From assembly GCA_023267655.1 (NCBI GenBank), contig JAHFMV010000002.1, positions 7,228 to 71,227 on the forward strand: a stretch of DNA of 64,000 nucleotides, read 5' to 3'. Position numbers and translations under genes: made by a program. Source of the DNA: Candidatus Kaiserbacteria bacterium (lineage in GTDB: Bacteria; Patescibacteriota; Minisyncoccia; Phycocordibacterales; UBA2100). Shown piece by piece: positions 9,038 through 18,450 of this stretch. The notes under the pieces were generated by a model. The model was not told the origin of the DNA. It saw only the letters and a program-made list of their open reading frames with translations, and did not search any database. Within the stretch, counting starts at the first letter, position 1. The number at the start of each line of letters is the position of its first letter.

Positions 9038-9907
9038 TTAAATCGTCCGCGCAAGAAAGATGACACCGACAAACGCGATGATGGCGCCGAGGATCTGGTG
9101 GCGGTTCAGTTTTTCGCGGCCGAAGAAATAGCCGAGGAGTGCGGCGAGCGCGATGTAACTTTCGCTGATGGAGACGGTAAGAGAAATCGGGATCAGGCTC
9201 GTGGCGAATGCATAACCGATCCAGGCGGAATTGTCGAAGATACTCTGTGCGACAATGGGGCCGGTATGTTTTTTGAGGTCCGATGCGAGCGAGCGAAGCT
9301 CGCCGCGATACACAATGTACGCACCGCACAGAACGGCGAGCATCGAGTGCGTCGCCCAGATCACGAAGAGGGGTGACATGTGCTGTGAATACGTGCCGAC
9401 ATAAAAGTTGGTAAGGGCGGAGAGAAACGCCGCACCGAATGCCCAGATGACGCCTTTTTCGAAAATGCGTCTGTGTAGGTGTAAGTGGTCGAGTTTCGAC
9501 GCGGCGGCAAGTGCGATACCAACGAAAATTATGATGAAGAGGAGAAATTGTTTAAGCGTGAGTGTTTCGCCGCCAACAAACACACCGAGCATCACTGTAA
9601 GCGGCAATTCAAATGCGATGACCGATTCGACAACTGATAGCTTCCCTTTCTCGAACGCGTGAAAGATAACGAGCGCGTAGAAAAAGATGATCAGGCTTAA
9701 GATAACGATCGATTGATAGTCCGCGCGCGTGTACGAGGCGATCTCGTGAAAGACGAATGGAAATAAGACAACGGTCGCGCCGATGCAGATAAAAAACAGC
9801 GTCTTGTATACGCCGATAATGCGCGTCGTTTTCTGTATGAAAAAATCCCCGAATCCCCAGCCGACGAGCGCGATAAACGCAAACAAGAGCCCCAACTGCG
9901 CATGCAT
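9038..9907 (-). CDS. EamA/DMT-family transporter
   Basis: About 10 TMs in two repeats; WGFGDFF and GREKLNRHQILG motifs. Confidence 0.88.
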   Translation of the reverse strand: MHAQLGLLFAFIALVGWGFGDFFIQKTTRIIGVYKTLFFICIGATVVLFPFVFHEIASYTRADYQSIVILSLIIFFYALVIFHAFEKGKLSVVESVIAFELPLTVMLGVFVGGETLTLKQFLLFIIIFVGIALAAASKLDHLHLHRRIFEKGVIWAFGAAFLSALTNFYVGTYSQHMSPLFVIWATHSMLAVLCGAYIVYRGELRSLASDLKKHTGPIVAQSIFDNSAWIGYAFATSLIPISLTVSISESYIALAALLGYFFGREKLNRHQILGAIIAFVGVIFLARTI

Positions 9908-9959
9908 GCGATCATTCTAACTTGAGAAATCTTAACTTTTGCGCAATACTCACAGTCAC

Positions 9960-10031
9960 GCATCTTTAGCTCAGTGGTAGAGCGTTCCGTTCACATCGGA
10001 AAGGCCGTTGGTCCGATCCCAACAAGGTGCA
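9960..10031 (+). tRNA. tRNA-Val(CAC)
   Basis: GCATCTT/AAGGTGC-A; TTCCG-TTCACAT-CGGAA; T-loop TCCGATC. Confidence 0.88.
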
Positions 10032-10193
10032 CAAAGACAGAAACATCTGCCCTGCGGCAGATTTTCTGCTCTGTGCACGGGCGGAGCGATGTTTCGCGAG
10101 CACGCGAAACCGCGAGCCGGGGTCGCGGAAATTTTCGAGCGTAGGCGAGGAAATTATCCGTGACGCACGAGCGTGTGATATAAAGACACGCTA

Positions 10194-10352
10194 CGGGCCG
10201 TAGTATACCGGTAGTACGCACGATTCGGGTTCGTGTAGAGTGAGTTCGAGTCACGTGTCGTTTTCAGCTGAAATCGCACGCGACCCCGCCTCGGCGCCAA
10301 GCGCCTCCGGCCTTGCGACGGGGCCCCAACCCCGTCTCACTCGCCGGCCCGA
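10194..10352 (+). tRNA. tRNA-Pro(CGG) interrupted by an 88-nt insertion in the T-arm
   Basis: CGGGCCG/CGGCCCG-A acceptor; CACGA-TTCGGGT-TCGTG anticodon arm; removing 10252-10339 restores GTGAG-TTCGAGT-CTCGC. Confidence 0.85.
10252..10339 (+). repeat. 88-nt structured insertion element, copy 1
   Basis: Homologous to the reverse complement of 54287-54376, with the same CACG...GTCTCA ends. Confidence 0.9.
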
Positions 10353-10398
10353 TCAAAAAACAAGGGCGTCGCCAAACACGCTGGCGACGCCCTTCGAC

Positions 10399-10896
10399 CT
10401 ACCGAAATCTCCACGTCCATCCTTTTGAGCGCGTAGATTCGAGGTGCGTTTTACATGCATCAAGGTCGACGATAAATACCACGTTGGGTAATGTTATCCA
10501 TCGCCGATTGTCGCTAACACCAAAAGATGCAAAAAAAGAGCCGGCTCGGTGACCTGGATATTCAGCTATGGTTGGTGGACGTGGTTTGCACTTTTCCGTG
10601 GGAATCCGTACGGTGTAATTTCCCTGTGGTACATTTTCAAGGATAATCACAGCATCTGCGTAAACATCTCGTACGTACGTCGTATTGAATCGCGTCCCAT
10701 GCATCGAATCGTGCTTGATTTCAACCTCCGTCTTAGTTCCGTGCGACACTCCCCTCAAATCAACATAGAGCGTATCAATCGTATGCGAGACCTCGACAAG
10801 CACGTACATTGCGACCATCAACCCCGTTCCAAGCGCGACACACATGCAAATGAGCATTTTCATCGTCCTGTCCATCAGACATCTCCCGAAGACCAT
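10399..10896 (-). CDS. hypothetical membrane-anchored protein
   Basis: 165-aa ORF with N-terminal TM. Confidence 0.5.
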   Translation of the reverse strand: MVFGRCLMDRTMKMLICMCVALGTGLMVAMYVLVEVSHTIDTLYVDLRGVSHGTKTEVEIKHDSMHGTRFNTTYVRDVYADAVIILENVPQGNYTVRIPTEKCKPRPPTIAEYPGHRAGSFFASFGVSDNRRWITLPNVVFIVDLDACKTHLESTRSKGWTWRFR

Positions 10897-10939
10897 TGCA
10901 CTGACGCAAGCCTAACAGAATGCTCTGTCTTCGCAATCG

Positions 10940-11410
10940 TTATTTAAGCCCAACAATCTTGTACTTCTGTGCGCCTTTGGGCGTTTGAAATGCAAATGCT
11001 TCCCCTTTCTTTTTGCCCATGAGCGCACTGCCGAGCGGCGAGAGGTGTGAGATTTTGTGCTCCTGCATGTTTGCTTCTGCGCTGCCGACGACTTCGTACG
11101 TGAGTTCTCCTTTCTCGCCAACTTTCTGGATCGTTACAAATGAGCCGAGTGACACGGCATTACCTTTGTGATGCTCGATGATGCGGGCACGGGCAAGTTG
11201 CTCTTCGATCTGGCGAATTCGATCCTCGGTCGCTGCCTGCAAATTACGCGCCTCCTCGTATTCGGCGTTTTCAGAAAGGTCGCCGAGCGAGCGGGCATAT
11301 TCGAGTTGCTCTGCTATCTCGCGCCTGCGCACGGTCTTTAAATGTTCGAGCTCCTTCGTGAGCTCGTCAAATTTCTCTTGCGAGAGATACGTATTGTCGT
11401 CTTGAATCAT
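10940..11410 (-). CDS. greA: transcription elongation factor GreA
   Basis: GDLSENAEYEEA and ISHLSPLGSALMGKK motifs. Confidence 0.97.
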   Translation of the reverse strand: MIQDDNTYLSQEKFDELTKELEHLKTVRRREIAEQLEYARSLGDLSENAEYEEARNLQAATEDRIRQIEEQLARARIIEHHKGNAVSLGSFVTIQKVGEKGELTYEVVGSAEANMQEHKISHLSPLGSALMGKKKGEAFAFQTPKGAQKYKIVGLK

Positions 11411-11557
11411 ATAGGTCTAGGCCAAGCGCACGTATTGTACCTTGTATGGATTTCGGTGCAAGGGTCGCGTGTAGTGCGCGATCAAGCCACTAGCCACTAG
11501 GGTTGAGCCAATTGGGAAATGCGGAAGTGCATGTTTGAATTCCCTAGTCGCAATTGG

Positions 11558-13264
11558 CTAGTGGCTAACATACTCGGGTTTCGTGTCTCGCAGCCAGTAG
11601 AAGAAATTCGTCATTGCGGGCGCGGCGCCAGAGAGCGTCCCCGCCGGGCCTTTTTCGAGGACGACCGCAAATGCGTATTTCGGATTTTCGTACGGCCAAA
11701 AGCCGATCGCCCATGAATTCATGTTTTCGTTGTGCACGCCGATCTGCGCCGTGCCAGTCTTTCCCGCGATGTCGATGCCGTCCATGTCGAGCGCGCGTTC
11801 GGTGCGATCCGTATATTGCGAATGTACCGCCATGCGCATGCCTTCACGCACGACTTGCAAATTGGCATCGGAAATACCCACGCTCTTTGATGCGCTCGGA
11901 CCATCGGCGACAATTTGTGGCGTCATCAAGCGGCCGCCATTTGCAATCGCCGCGACATAGCGCACCACCTGCAGCGGCGTTACTTGAAATCCGTACTGCC
12001 CTATCGCCGTGTGGTACGTATCCCCGATGCGCCACGGATCGCCGTTGAAAACTTTTGCTTTCCATTCCGGAGTCGGGATCGTACCGTCGGCTTCGTTTTC
12101 CACGCGAAATCCGGTCGCAGAGCCGAGGCCAAATTTGCGCGCGTACTCGTCAATCTTAGCGATGCCGAGACCTTTTTGCGCGCCAAACCCGCCGCCGACT
12201 TCGTAGAAATACACGTCAGACGAAACCGCGATCGCGTGCCGTAAATCCATGAGGCCGTGCGCTTTCCAGTCTTTAAAAATTGAGGGGTTATTCGGATCAT
12301 ACGGATTCGGCAATTCCAACTGCCCTGACGAAAAAATCTGCGTCTCCGGCGTGATGATGCCCTCTTGCAAACCTGCAGCGGCAAAAATCGGCTTCACGAT
12401 AGATCCCGGCGCGTACACACCGGCGACCGCGCGATCAAGGAGCGGCTTTGCGGGGTTCGCGTTTGCAGCCGCGATCGCGTCGCTGTCACCATTACCAAAT
12501 GCCGCGTTATCGTATTCCGGAAAACTCACGAGCGAGAGCAACTCTCCCGTGTGCACATCCATAATCACGCCCGCGCCGCCTTGGAAGCCTTGTGACTTTG
12601 CGTGATTTGCAAGCGTCTCTTCGAGCTTCGTTTGGAGCGACGCGTCGATCGAGAGCTTGAGCGTGTCGCCATTTTTGGGCGGATCAACAATGTCTTCACG
12701 CACTAATTTCCCTCGCGCGTCTGTCTCTGACATCAAGCTCCCATTTTGACCCGCGAGAATATCGTTAAAGAAATGCTCCGCTCCCGCGACGCCCGTGTAC
12801 TCTTCGCGCCACCATTCGCCGCTCGCGTCGGCTTTGGGGTAGCGGATAAAGCCGAGGAGATGTGAGAAACCTGCAGCGCCCGTGTAGCTGCGGAGCGCAA
12901 AGGGCGTCGTCGACGACGCCACATCTTCTTGCGGTTCGTTCCATGCGAGTTCCGTGCCGCTACGATCAGTGATAATGCCGCGCGTCGCAAAGAGGACCGA
13001 GCGATCGAGGCGATTGTTGCGCGAAATGTCGGCGTAGGCTTTGCCTTTCAGTATTTGCAAATTAAACGCTTGACCGGCGTACACAAGCGCCACGAACGCG
13101 AACAAAACGCCGACAAACACAATCGCAAATGTCGAAACTGGCCGCTCGATGCGCCCTTCGAGCTGCTGCGCATTGAGGCGCGCCATGTTGCTGGAATCCA
13201 AGAAAATATCCTCCGGGTCAATCTCCCGCCCGCGCAACTGATTCTTACCCCACCATGATGCCAT
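11558..13264 (-). CDS. mrdA: penicillin-binding protein 2
   Basis: RGIITDR, PGSIVK (SxxK), SSD and KTGTAQ motifs; downstream of mreBC; start set at MASWWG. Confidence 0.9.
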   Translation of the reverse strand: MASWWGKNQLRGREIDPEDIFLDSSNMARLNAQQLEGRIERPVSTFAIVFVGVLFAFVALVYAGQAFNLQILKGKAYADISRNNRLDRSVLFATRGIITDRSGTELAWNEPQEDVASSTTPFALRSYTGAAGFSHLLGFIRYPKADASGEWWREEYTGVAGAEHFFNDILAGQNGSLMSETDARGKLVREDIVDPPKNGDTLKLSIDASLQTKLEETLANHAKSQGFQGGAGVIMDVHTGELLSLVSFPEYDNAAFGNGDSDAIAAANANPAKPLLDRAVAGVYAPGSIVKPIFAAAGLQEGIITPETQIFSSGQLELPNPYDPNNPSIFKDWKAHGLMDLRHAIAVSSDVYFYEVGGGFGAQKGLGIAKIDEYARKFGLGSATGFRVENEADGTIPTPEWKAKVFNGDPWRIGDTYHTAIGQYGFQVTPLQVVRYVAAIANGGRLMTPQIVADGPSASKSVGISDANLQVVREGMRMAVHSQYTDRTERALDMDGIDIAGKTGTAQIGVHNENMNSWAIGFWPYENPKYAFAVVLEKGPAGTLSGAAPAMTNFFYWLRDTKPEYVSH

Positions 13265-13315
13265 TGCCTTAGGGTACTTTATTTGTCTCGCTCTGCAACC
13301 GCCCGCTTGCGGTAC

Positions 13316-13511
13316 GCAGTTGTGATGTCGCCCTAATTCACTCGCGGCACCACAAGGTATTCCTCCCACCCGTACGCGAACTGATCAACGGATCGAACAT
13401 AACATCTACTGCTGTATGTCTCTACGCGCGGCTATTCGCTGCGCGATGTACTCTGGGAGGAACACCTTGCGTTGCCGTCTCGTTCATTTGAAGGGGCGAC
13501 ATCACAACTGC
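13316..13511 (-). ncRNA. 196-nt rod-shaped structured element (6S RNA-like candidate)
   Basis: Perfect 18-bp terminal stem, asymmetric bubble, 24-bp inner stem with G-U wobbles on the minus strand. Confidence 0.45.
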
Positions 13512-13558
13512 TTCCCGTCTCGCTCCGCATGAAGCCAAACCCGTCAAATAGCGGTATA

Positions 13559-14524
13559 GGGGTATCCCCATGACACCACCTGTATACAGTGGTAGCCTGA
13601 AAGACAATGAAGCACTATCCGGTGAATGTGATCGACTTCCAAGATATGTTTCCGACCGAGAAAGCATGTGAGTCGTATCTCACCGCGGTTCGCTGGCCGG
13701 AGGGATTTGTGTGTCCGCGGTGTATGCACACGGAGAACTGGGAACTTGGCTCGAGTCTTTTGCGCTGCAAGAAATGCAGACGAGATGTGTCACTCACTGC
13801 GGGAACAATTTTCCAAGACTCGCATCTGCCGCTGCGACTGTGGTTCCAAGCGCTCTGGTATGTGGTCTGCCAGAAACAAGGCGTGAGTGCACTTGCGCTC
13901 AAGAGCATCCTCGGACTCGGCAGCTACGAGACGGCATGGACACAGCTCCACAAACTCCGTCGTGCCATGGTGAGACCGGGACGAGATCGGCTTTCCGGGA
14001 TTGTTGAAGTCGACGAAATCCTCGTTGGCGGTCTGCACAAGGGCGCGAAAGGACGCGGCACCTTCAAAAAGGCTCTGGGACTCGTGGCTGTCGAAGGAAA
14101 GGAAGAAAATATCGGTCGCATCCGACTTGCCCGCATCAAAAACGGATCACATGCCCACATCGTGCATGCGCTCAAAGACATGGTTGAACCGGGCAGCAGT
14201 ATCCGCACGGACATGTGGCAAGGATATGCAGGGCTCAAGGGTGATGGGTACCGGCATATCCGCATCGAGAGAACAGGGGGCAGGGACGAAAATCTCACAC
14301 CTCTCGTACATCGTGTCGCATCGCTCCTCAAACGCTGGCTTTTAAACACTCATCAAGGCGGTGTGCAACACACGCATCTGCCGTACTATCTCGACGAGTT
14401 CGTGTTTCGCTTCAATCGACGCACCTCCCGTTCGCGCGGTCTTCTATTCTACCGACTCGTTCAAAATGCACTTGCGATTGATCCTGTACCCGCTTCTGAG
14501 TTGGTGGCGTGAAGGAGATACCCC
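13559..14524 (+). mobile_element. IS1595-family insertion sequence
   Basis: Ends GGGGTATCCCC / GGAGATACCCC around the transposase; TATA on both flanks. Confidence 0.85.
13607..14512 (+). CDS. IS1595-family transposase
   Basis: RWPEGFVCPRC Zn-ribbon, VEVDE, RTD and YLDEFVFRFNRR motifs. Confidence 0.95.
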   Translation: MKHYPVNVIDFQDMFPTEKACESYLTAVRWPEGFVCPRCMHTENWELGSSLLRCKKCRRDVSLTAGTIFQDSHLPLRLWFQALWYVVCQKQGVSALALKSILGLGSYETAWTQLHKLRRAMVRPGRDRLSGIVEVDEILVGGLHKGAKGRGTFKKALGLVAVEGKEENIGRIRLARIKNGSHAHIVHALKDMVEPGSSIRTDMWQGYAGLKGDGYRHIRIERTGGRDENLTPLVHRVASLLKRWLLNTHQGGVQHTHLPYYLDEFVFRFNRRTSRSRGLLFYRLVQNALAIDPVPASELVA

Positions 14525-14589
14525 TATACCGGTATTTGACGGGTTCGTATAAACGGTACCTGACGCTCGTTTTCTTATCCTCAATAACG

Positions 14590-14817
14590 TCATTGCTTGA
14601 GGTTAATGAGCCTGTTTAGTGGAAATTTTCGTGTAGTAAGTTCGTCTCCCGGAACCCAAACCACGCCTATTTTACTGCCGTTCGCATCCTCTTCAATTGC
14701 TCTAAGCTCATATGCAATAGCTTCTCCGGGGTCAGTCATAACGCCGTGAGAGTTAACTCCAACAACATCGCCAACTTTCAGTTCTGCCTCCTTACCTGTT
14801 TCAAACTTTTCTATCAT
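14590..14817 (-). CDS. hypothetical protein
   Basis: MIEKFETGKEAELKVGDVV...; AT-rich, between mreD-like gene and the IS. Confidence 0.5.
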   Translation of the reverse strand: MIEKFETGKEAELKVGDVVGVNSHGVMTDPGEAIAYELRAIEEDANGSKIGVVWVPGDELTTRKFPLNRLINLKQ

Positions 14818-14928
14818 AATAAATGACTCATTGAGTATTGAGTGCTGCCTTGTTAATGAAAACACTATAGCATGTGAGAGTCTGACCAAATGGAGTCGCG
14901 AGACGACGCTGAGCGGTTGGAAAACGAT

Positions 14929-15213
14929 CTACAAAATCTGTGGGCCGAGGAGAAGTTGGCGGCGGAGGGGTTCGAGACCGAAGACAAGGACGATGGCGAT
15001 GATGGTGCACAACGGGAGGGAGTGGAATGAAAGAAACGAAAACGACGCTGGCATCCAGAGAAAATCCATGAGCATCCCCGCCGCGACGACTTCCCACGCA
15101 CGCCAGCGCGCGGCGAGTGCACAGGCAAAAATGGCCGCGAGCCACGGTGGCGCAAAGATAACGCTTGCAAACAGCGCGATATCGAGCATGACGCGGAATT
15201 TATTTGATGACAT
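14929..15213 (-). CDS. small membrane protein, MreD-like by position
   Basis: Hydrophobic, GMLMDFL motif, directly after mreC. Confidence 0.6.
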   Translation of the reverse strand: MSSNKFRVMLDIALFASVIFAPPWLAAIFACALAARWRAWEVVAAGMLMDFLWMPASFSFLSFHSLPLCTIIAIVLVFGLEPLRRQLLLGPQIL

Positions 15214-15988
15214 ACACGAATTGCAAGGTGTCGAGATTGACCGGAAGTCGAATGAAAAGTGTTTGCGTTGCGCTCGATGAGGCACTTTCGATGGAGCCGA
15301 TGACGCCCGCGGGCATGCCGCCCAGCTCGTGCGCTTTCACCACATCACCGACTGCGACTTTCGCATCACGAGGGATTTCTGCGCGTGCGTTTCCTCCGCC
15401 GCGCCCGTCGGCAGCGAAGGCAACATTTTCTGCGGTGAGCTGCACCGTATTTGATGGCGCAAATAGTTCCTTCACTGTCGCGGTGTGTGCATCTGCGTCA
15501 CTCACCATACCGATGATAAATCCGCCTGGCGAAAGCACAGCATTACCGATCGCGAGTCCGTCGCTTTTCCCTGCTTGGATTACGAATGTTCCATACGGCG
15601 AGGCACGGAATGATGAGAGGACGCGAACCGTGATACCCCCTTGGTGCACATCCGCGAGATGCGCCATGTCTTGCAGTGCGGTGTTCTCGTCTTGGAGCGA
15701 TTGGAACCGAGCCGCAGCCTCATCGCGCTGTGCAATTTCAGATTTCAATGACGCGATCTCATTGGTGAGCGACCGACGCGAGCTTAAAAAACCGCCGACA
15801 TCGAGTGTCGTCACTGTTGCCGACGCTGCACGCATGGCGACCGAGGAAACCGTCCGCACATACGAGCGCACGATGCCGCCAGAGAGTGTGTCGAAGCCGA
15901 ATGCCGCTACGGAAACGAGGAGTGCAAATAAAAGGATGCCGAAAAGCGGCACGGTTGTTTGACGACGACTAGAAAATTGTCCTCTCAT
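15200..15988 (-). CDS. mreC: rod shape-determining protein MreC
   Basis: TM, coiled coil (LQDENTAL), GKSDGLAIGNAV; follows mreB. Confidence 0.88.
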   Translation of the reverse strand: MRGQFSSRRQTTVPLFGILLFALLVSVAAFGFDTLSGGIVRSYVRTVSSVAMRAASATVTTLDVGGFLSSRRSLTNEIASLKSEIAQRDEAAARFQSLQDENTALQDMAHLADVHQGGITVRVLSSFRASPYGTFVIQAGKSDGLAIGNAVLSPGGFIIGMVSDADAHTATVKELFAPSNTVQLTAENVAFAADGRGGGNARAEIPRDAKVAVGDVVKAHELGGMPAGVIGSIESASSSATQTLFIRLPVNLDTLQFVYVIK

Positions 15989-16000
15989 ATCGCAGCACGC

Positions 16001-17071
16001 TCATTCCGTGGGGACCAATTCATCTTCGTTCGTGAGAAGCGTACTGCGATACGCATCCATATTATCCAAAATAATCGCCGTTCCCCGCACAACTGCCGTC
16101 ATCGGATCCGTCGCAACAAACACCGGGACGCCAAGCGCGCTCGTGAGAAATTCCGGGATGCCACGGATAAGTGCGCCACCGCCCGCAAGATGAATGCCGC
16201 GCTGCATCACGTCGGCCAAAATTTCCGGCGGTGTGGTTTCAAGAATATCTTTCGTCTGCTCGACCAAATCATCAACGCTGTGTCCGATTGCATTCCGAAT
16301 ATCTTCGTCGGTTACCACGATTTCGCGCGGAAGTCCCGAGACGAGGTCGCGGCCGCGCACCGAAACGGCAATCGGCTCCGGCCCTCGCACGACCGCAGCA
16401 GCAGCAATTTTTAAATCTTCTGCGGTCTTGTCGCCGATCAGCACTTTGTTTTCATTGCGAACATGGCTCACGATGTCTTGGTTGAATTTATCGCCCGCAA
16501 TGCGAATGTTGCGTGCGACGACAAGACCGCCGAGCGACACGATACCGATATCGGTCGTGCCACCGCCGATGTCGATGACCATGCTGCCGACAGGCTCATG
16601 CACCGGAAGCTCAATGCCGATTGCGGCTGCCATCGGCTCGTCCACAATATGTACTTCGCGCGCGCCGGCTGCGTGCGCGGCATCACGCACGGCGCGCACT
16701 TCGACCGAGGTAATCCCTGATGGAACGCCGATGACGACGCGCGGTCCCAACATTTTCGTATGCCCTGCCTGTGCTTTATTAATTAAATATCCGAGCATCT
16801 CGCTCGTAATTTCGAAATCGGAAATCACGCCGTCAATCACCGGCTGGATTGGCACGATATGCGGCGGTGTGCGCCCGAGCATGTTTTTTGCTTCCTGTCC
16901 GACAGCAACGACTTGCCCTGTCTTTTGATTCACCGCGACAATCGACGGTTCGTTGATCACGATACCGCGCCCTTTCACATACACGAGCGTGTTGGCTGTG
17001 CCCAAATCAATTCCAATATCATTCGAGAACCACCCGAGTATCGTATCCTTCCACTTCCGAATTGTATCCAT
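16001..17071 (-). CDS. mreB: rod shape-determining protein MreB
   Basis: IGIDLGTANT, EPMAAAIG, DIGGGTT and GGGAL motifs. Confidence 0.97.
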   Translation of the reverse strand: MDTIRKWKDTILGWFSNDIGIDLGTANTLVYVKGRGIVINEPSIVAVNQKTGQVVAVGQEAKNMLGRTPPHIVPIQPVIDGVISDFEITSEMLGYLINKAQAGHTKMLGPRVVIGVPSGITSVEVRAVRDAAHAAGAREVHIVDEPMAAAIGIELPVHEPVGSMVIDIGGGTTDIGIVSLGGLVVARNIRIAGDKFNQDIVSHVRNENKVLIGDKTAEDLKIAAAAVVRGPEPIAVSVRGRDLVSGLPREIVVTDEDIRNAIGHSVDDLVEQTKDILETTPPEILADVMQRGIHLAGGGALIRGIPEFLTSALGVPVFVATDPMTAVVRGTAIILDNMDAYRSTLLTNEDELVPTE

Positions 17072-17085
17072 GGTGATCCTGGTGG

Positions 17086-18345
17086 TTATTTTTTCGCATG
17101 CAGTTTGTCGATAATGTCGCTTTCAGCGACGAGTGTTCCCTTGCCATTCGTACGCAGCGCCATCTCGACGCCACCTGCTTCGATCGTCTTTTCGGAAACT
17201 ACGAGCCGCACCGGTATGCCAATGAGGTCGCTGTCCGCAAATTTCTCGCCGGCGCGTGCATCGCGATCATCGTAGAGAACTTCGATACCGTTTTCCTGCA
17301 GCATTTCGTATGTGCGATCTGCTTCTTTTTCAATCTCGACATTCCCGCCGGTAATCGAAACGAGATGCACATCAAACGGCGCTACTTCTTTCGGCCAGAC
17401 AATGCCTTTTTTATCCGCGAGTGCTTCCACGACCGCGCCCATGAGACGACCCGGGCCGATGCCGTAGGAGCCCATGATGACCGGCATATCTTTTCCGTCT
17501 TCGTCTTTATATTTGAGGCCGAGTGAATCCGAAAAGCGCGTGCCTAATGGAAAAATGTTGCCGACTTCGATCGCTTTCTCCTCTTTGAGTTCTGATTTCT
17601 CAATGCCGAGGTCTTTCAGCACGTCATCTTTGTAGACTTCTTTGTTCACCGCGATGCGTTTCTTTTCGTGTACATAGATGACATCCTCGCCCGCATCGCA
17701 GAGCATCTGGTATTCGTCGCTGAATTTCGAAAACGAACCACCACTCGCAAAGGTGCGGTACGTGCGATCGCCAATACCGACGCGCTTGAAGATTTTCTCG
17801 TACGCTTTCGCACATTTTTCGTAGAAGTCGCGGAACTCGGCTTCGCTTTTTGAAAACGAGTACAAATCTTTCATCACGAATTCGCGCACGCGCATGATGC
17901 CGCTTTTTGCGCGAAGCTCGTTGCGGAACTTCGTCTGAAATTGGTACACATACGCAGGGAGATCTTTGTACGACGAAATATATTCCGACATGAGCGCAGT
18001 GAGCGGTTCCTCATGCGTCGGTGCGAGACCGAGTTCGCCACCGCTCTTTAAGGCGGTCTTAAACCACACATCAATTGCTGCGTCGTCCCAGCGGTTTGTT
18101 TTCTCCCATACTTTCGGATCTTGCAACGCCGAGAGCGTGATTTCTTGTCCGCCGATCGCATTCATTTCTTCGCGGATGATCTGTTCTATTTTTTTGAAGG
18201 TTCGAAGCCCGAGTGGCAAAAAAGAATACACGCCCGCCATTTCTTTGTGAATGAACCCTGCGCGGATCAACAGTTGCGCATTCAACGACACCTCGTCCTT
18301 CGGCGCGTCTTTGCGAGTTCGGGTGAATAATTGAGATTGGCGCAT
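17086..18345 (-). CDS. proS: prolyl-tRNA synthetase (short, no INS editing domain)
   Basis: LAPTHEE, QTKFRNELR, REFVMKDLYSF, GSYGIG and GEKFADSDLIG motifs; 419 aa. Confidence 0.95.
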   Translation of the reverse strand: MRQSQLFTRTRKDAPKDEVSLNAQLLIRAGFIHKEMAGVYSFLPLGLRTFKKIEQIIREEMNAIGGQEITLSALQDPKVWEKTNRWDDAAIDVWFKTALKSGGELGLAPTHEEPLTALMSEYISSYKDLPAYVYQFQTKFRNELRAKSGIMRVREFVMKDLYSFSKSEAEFRDFYEKCAKAYEKIFKRVGIGDRTYRTFASGGSFSKFSDEYQMLCDAGEDVIYVHEKKRIAVNKEVYKDDVLKDLGIEKSELKEEKAIEVGNIFPLGTRFSDSLGLKYKDEDGKDMPVIMGSYGIGPGRLMGAVVEALADKKGIVWPKEVAPFDVHLVSITGGNVEIEKEADRTYEMLQENGIEVLYDDRDARAGEKFADSDLIGIPVRLVVSEKTIEAGGVEMALRTNGKGTLVAESDIIDKLHAKK

Positions 18346-18450
18346 ATTTCCTGCATTGTACGCGCGTTTTGCAATTCACCAAACTTGACATCTGTATCAC
18401 GTGTGATATTGTGCATTTGGACTTATCCTCCGGTTAGCAAAGGAAAATCC

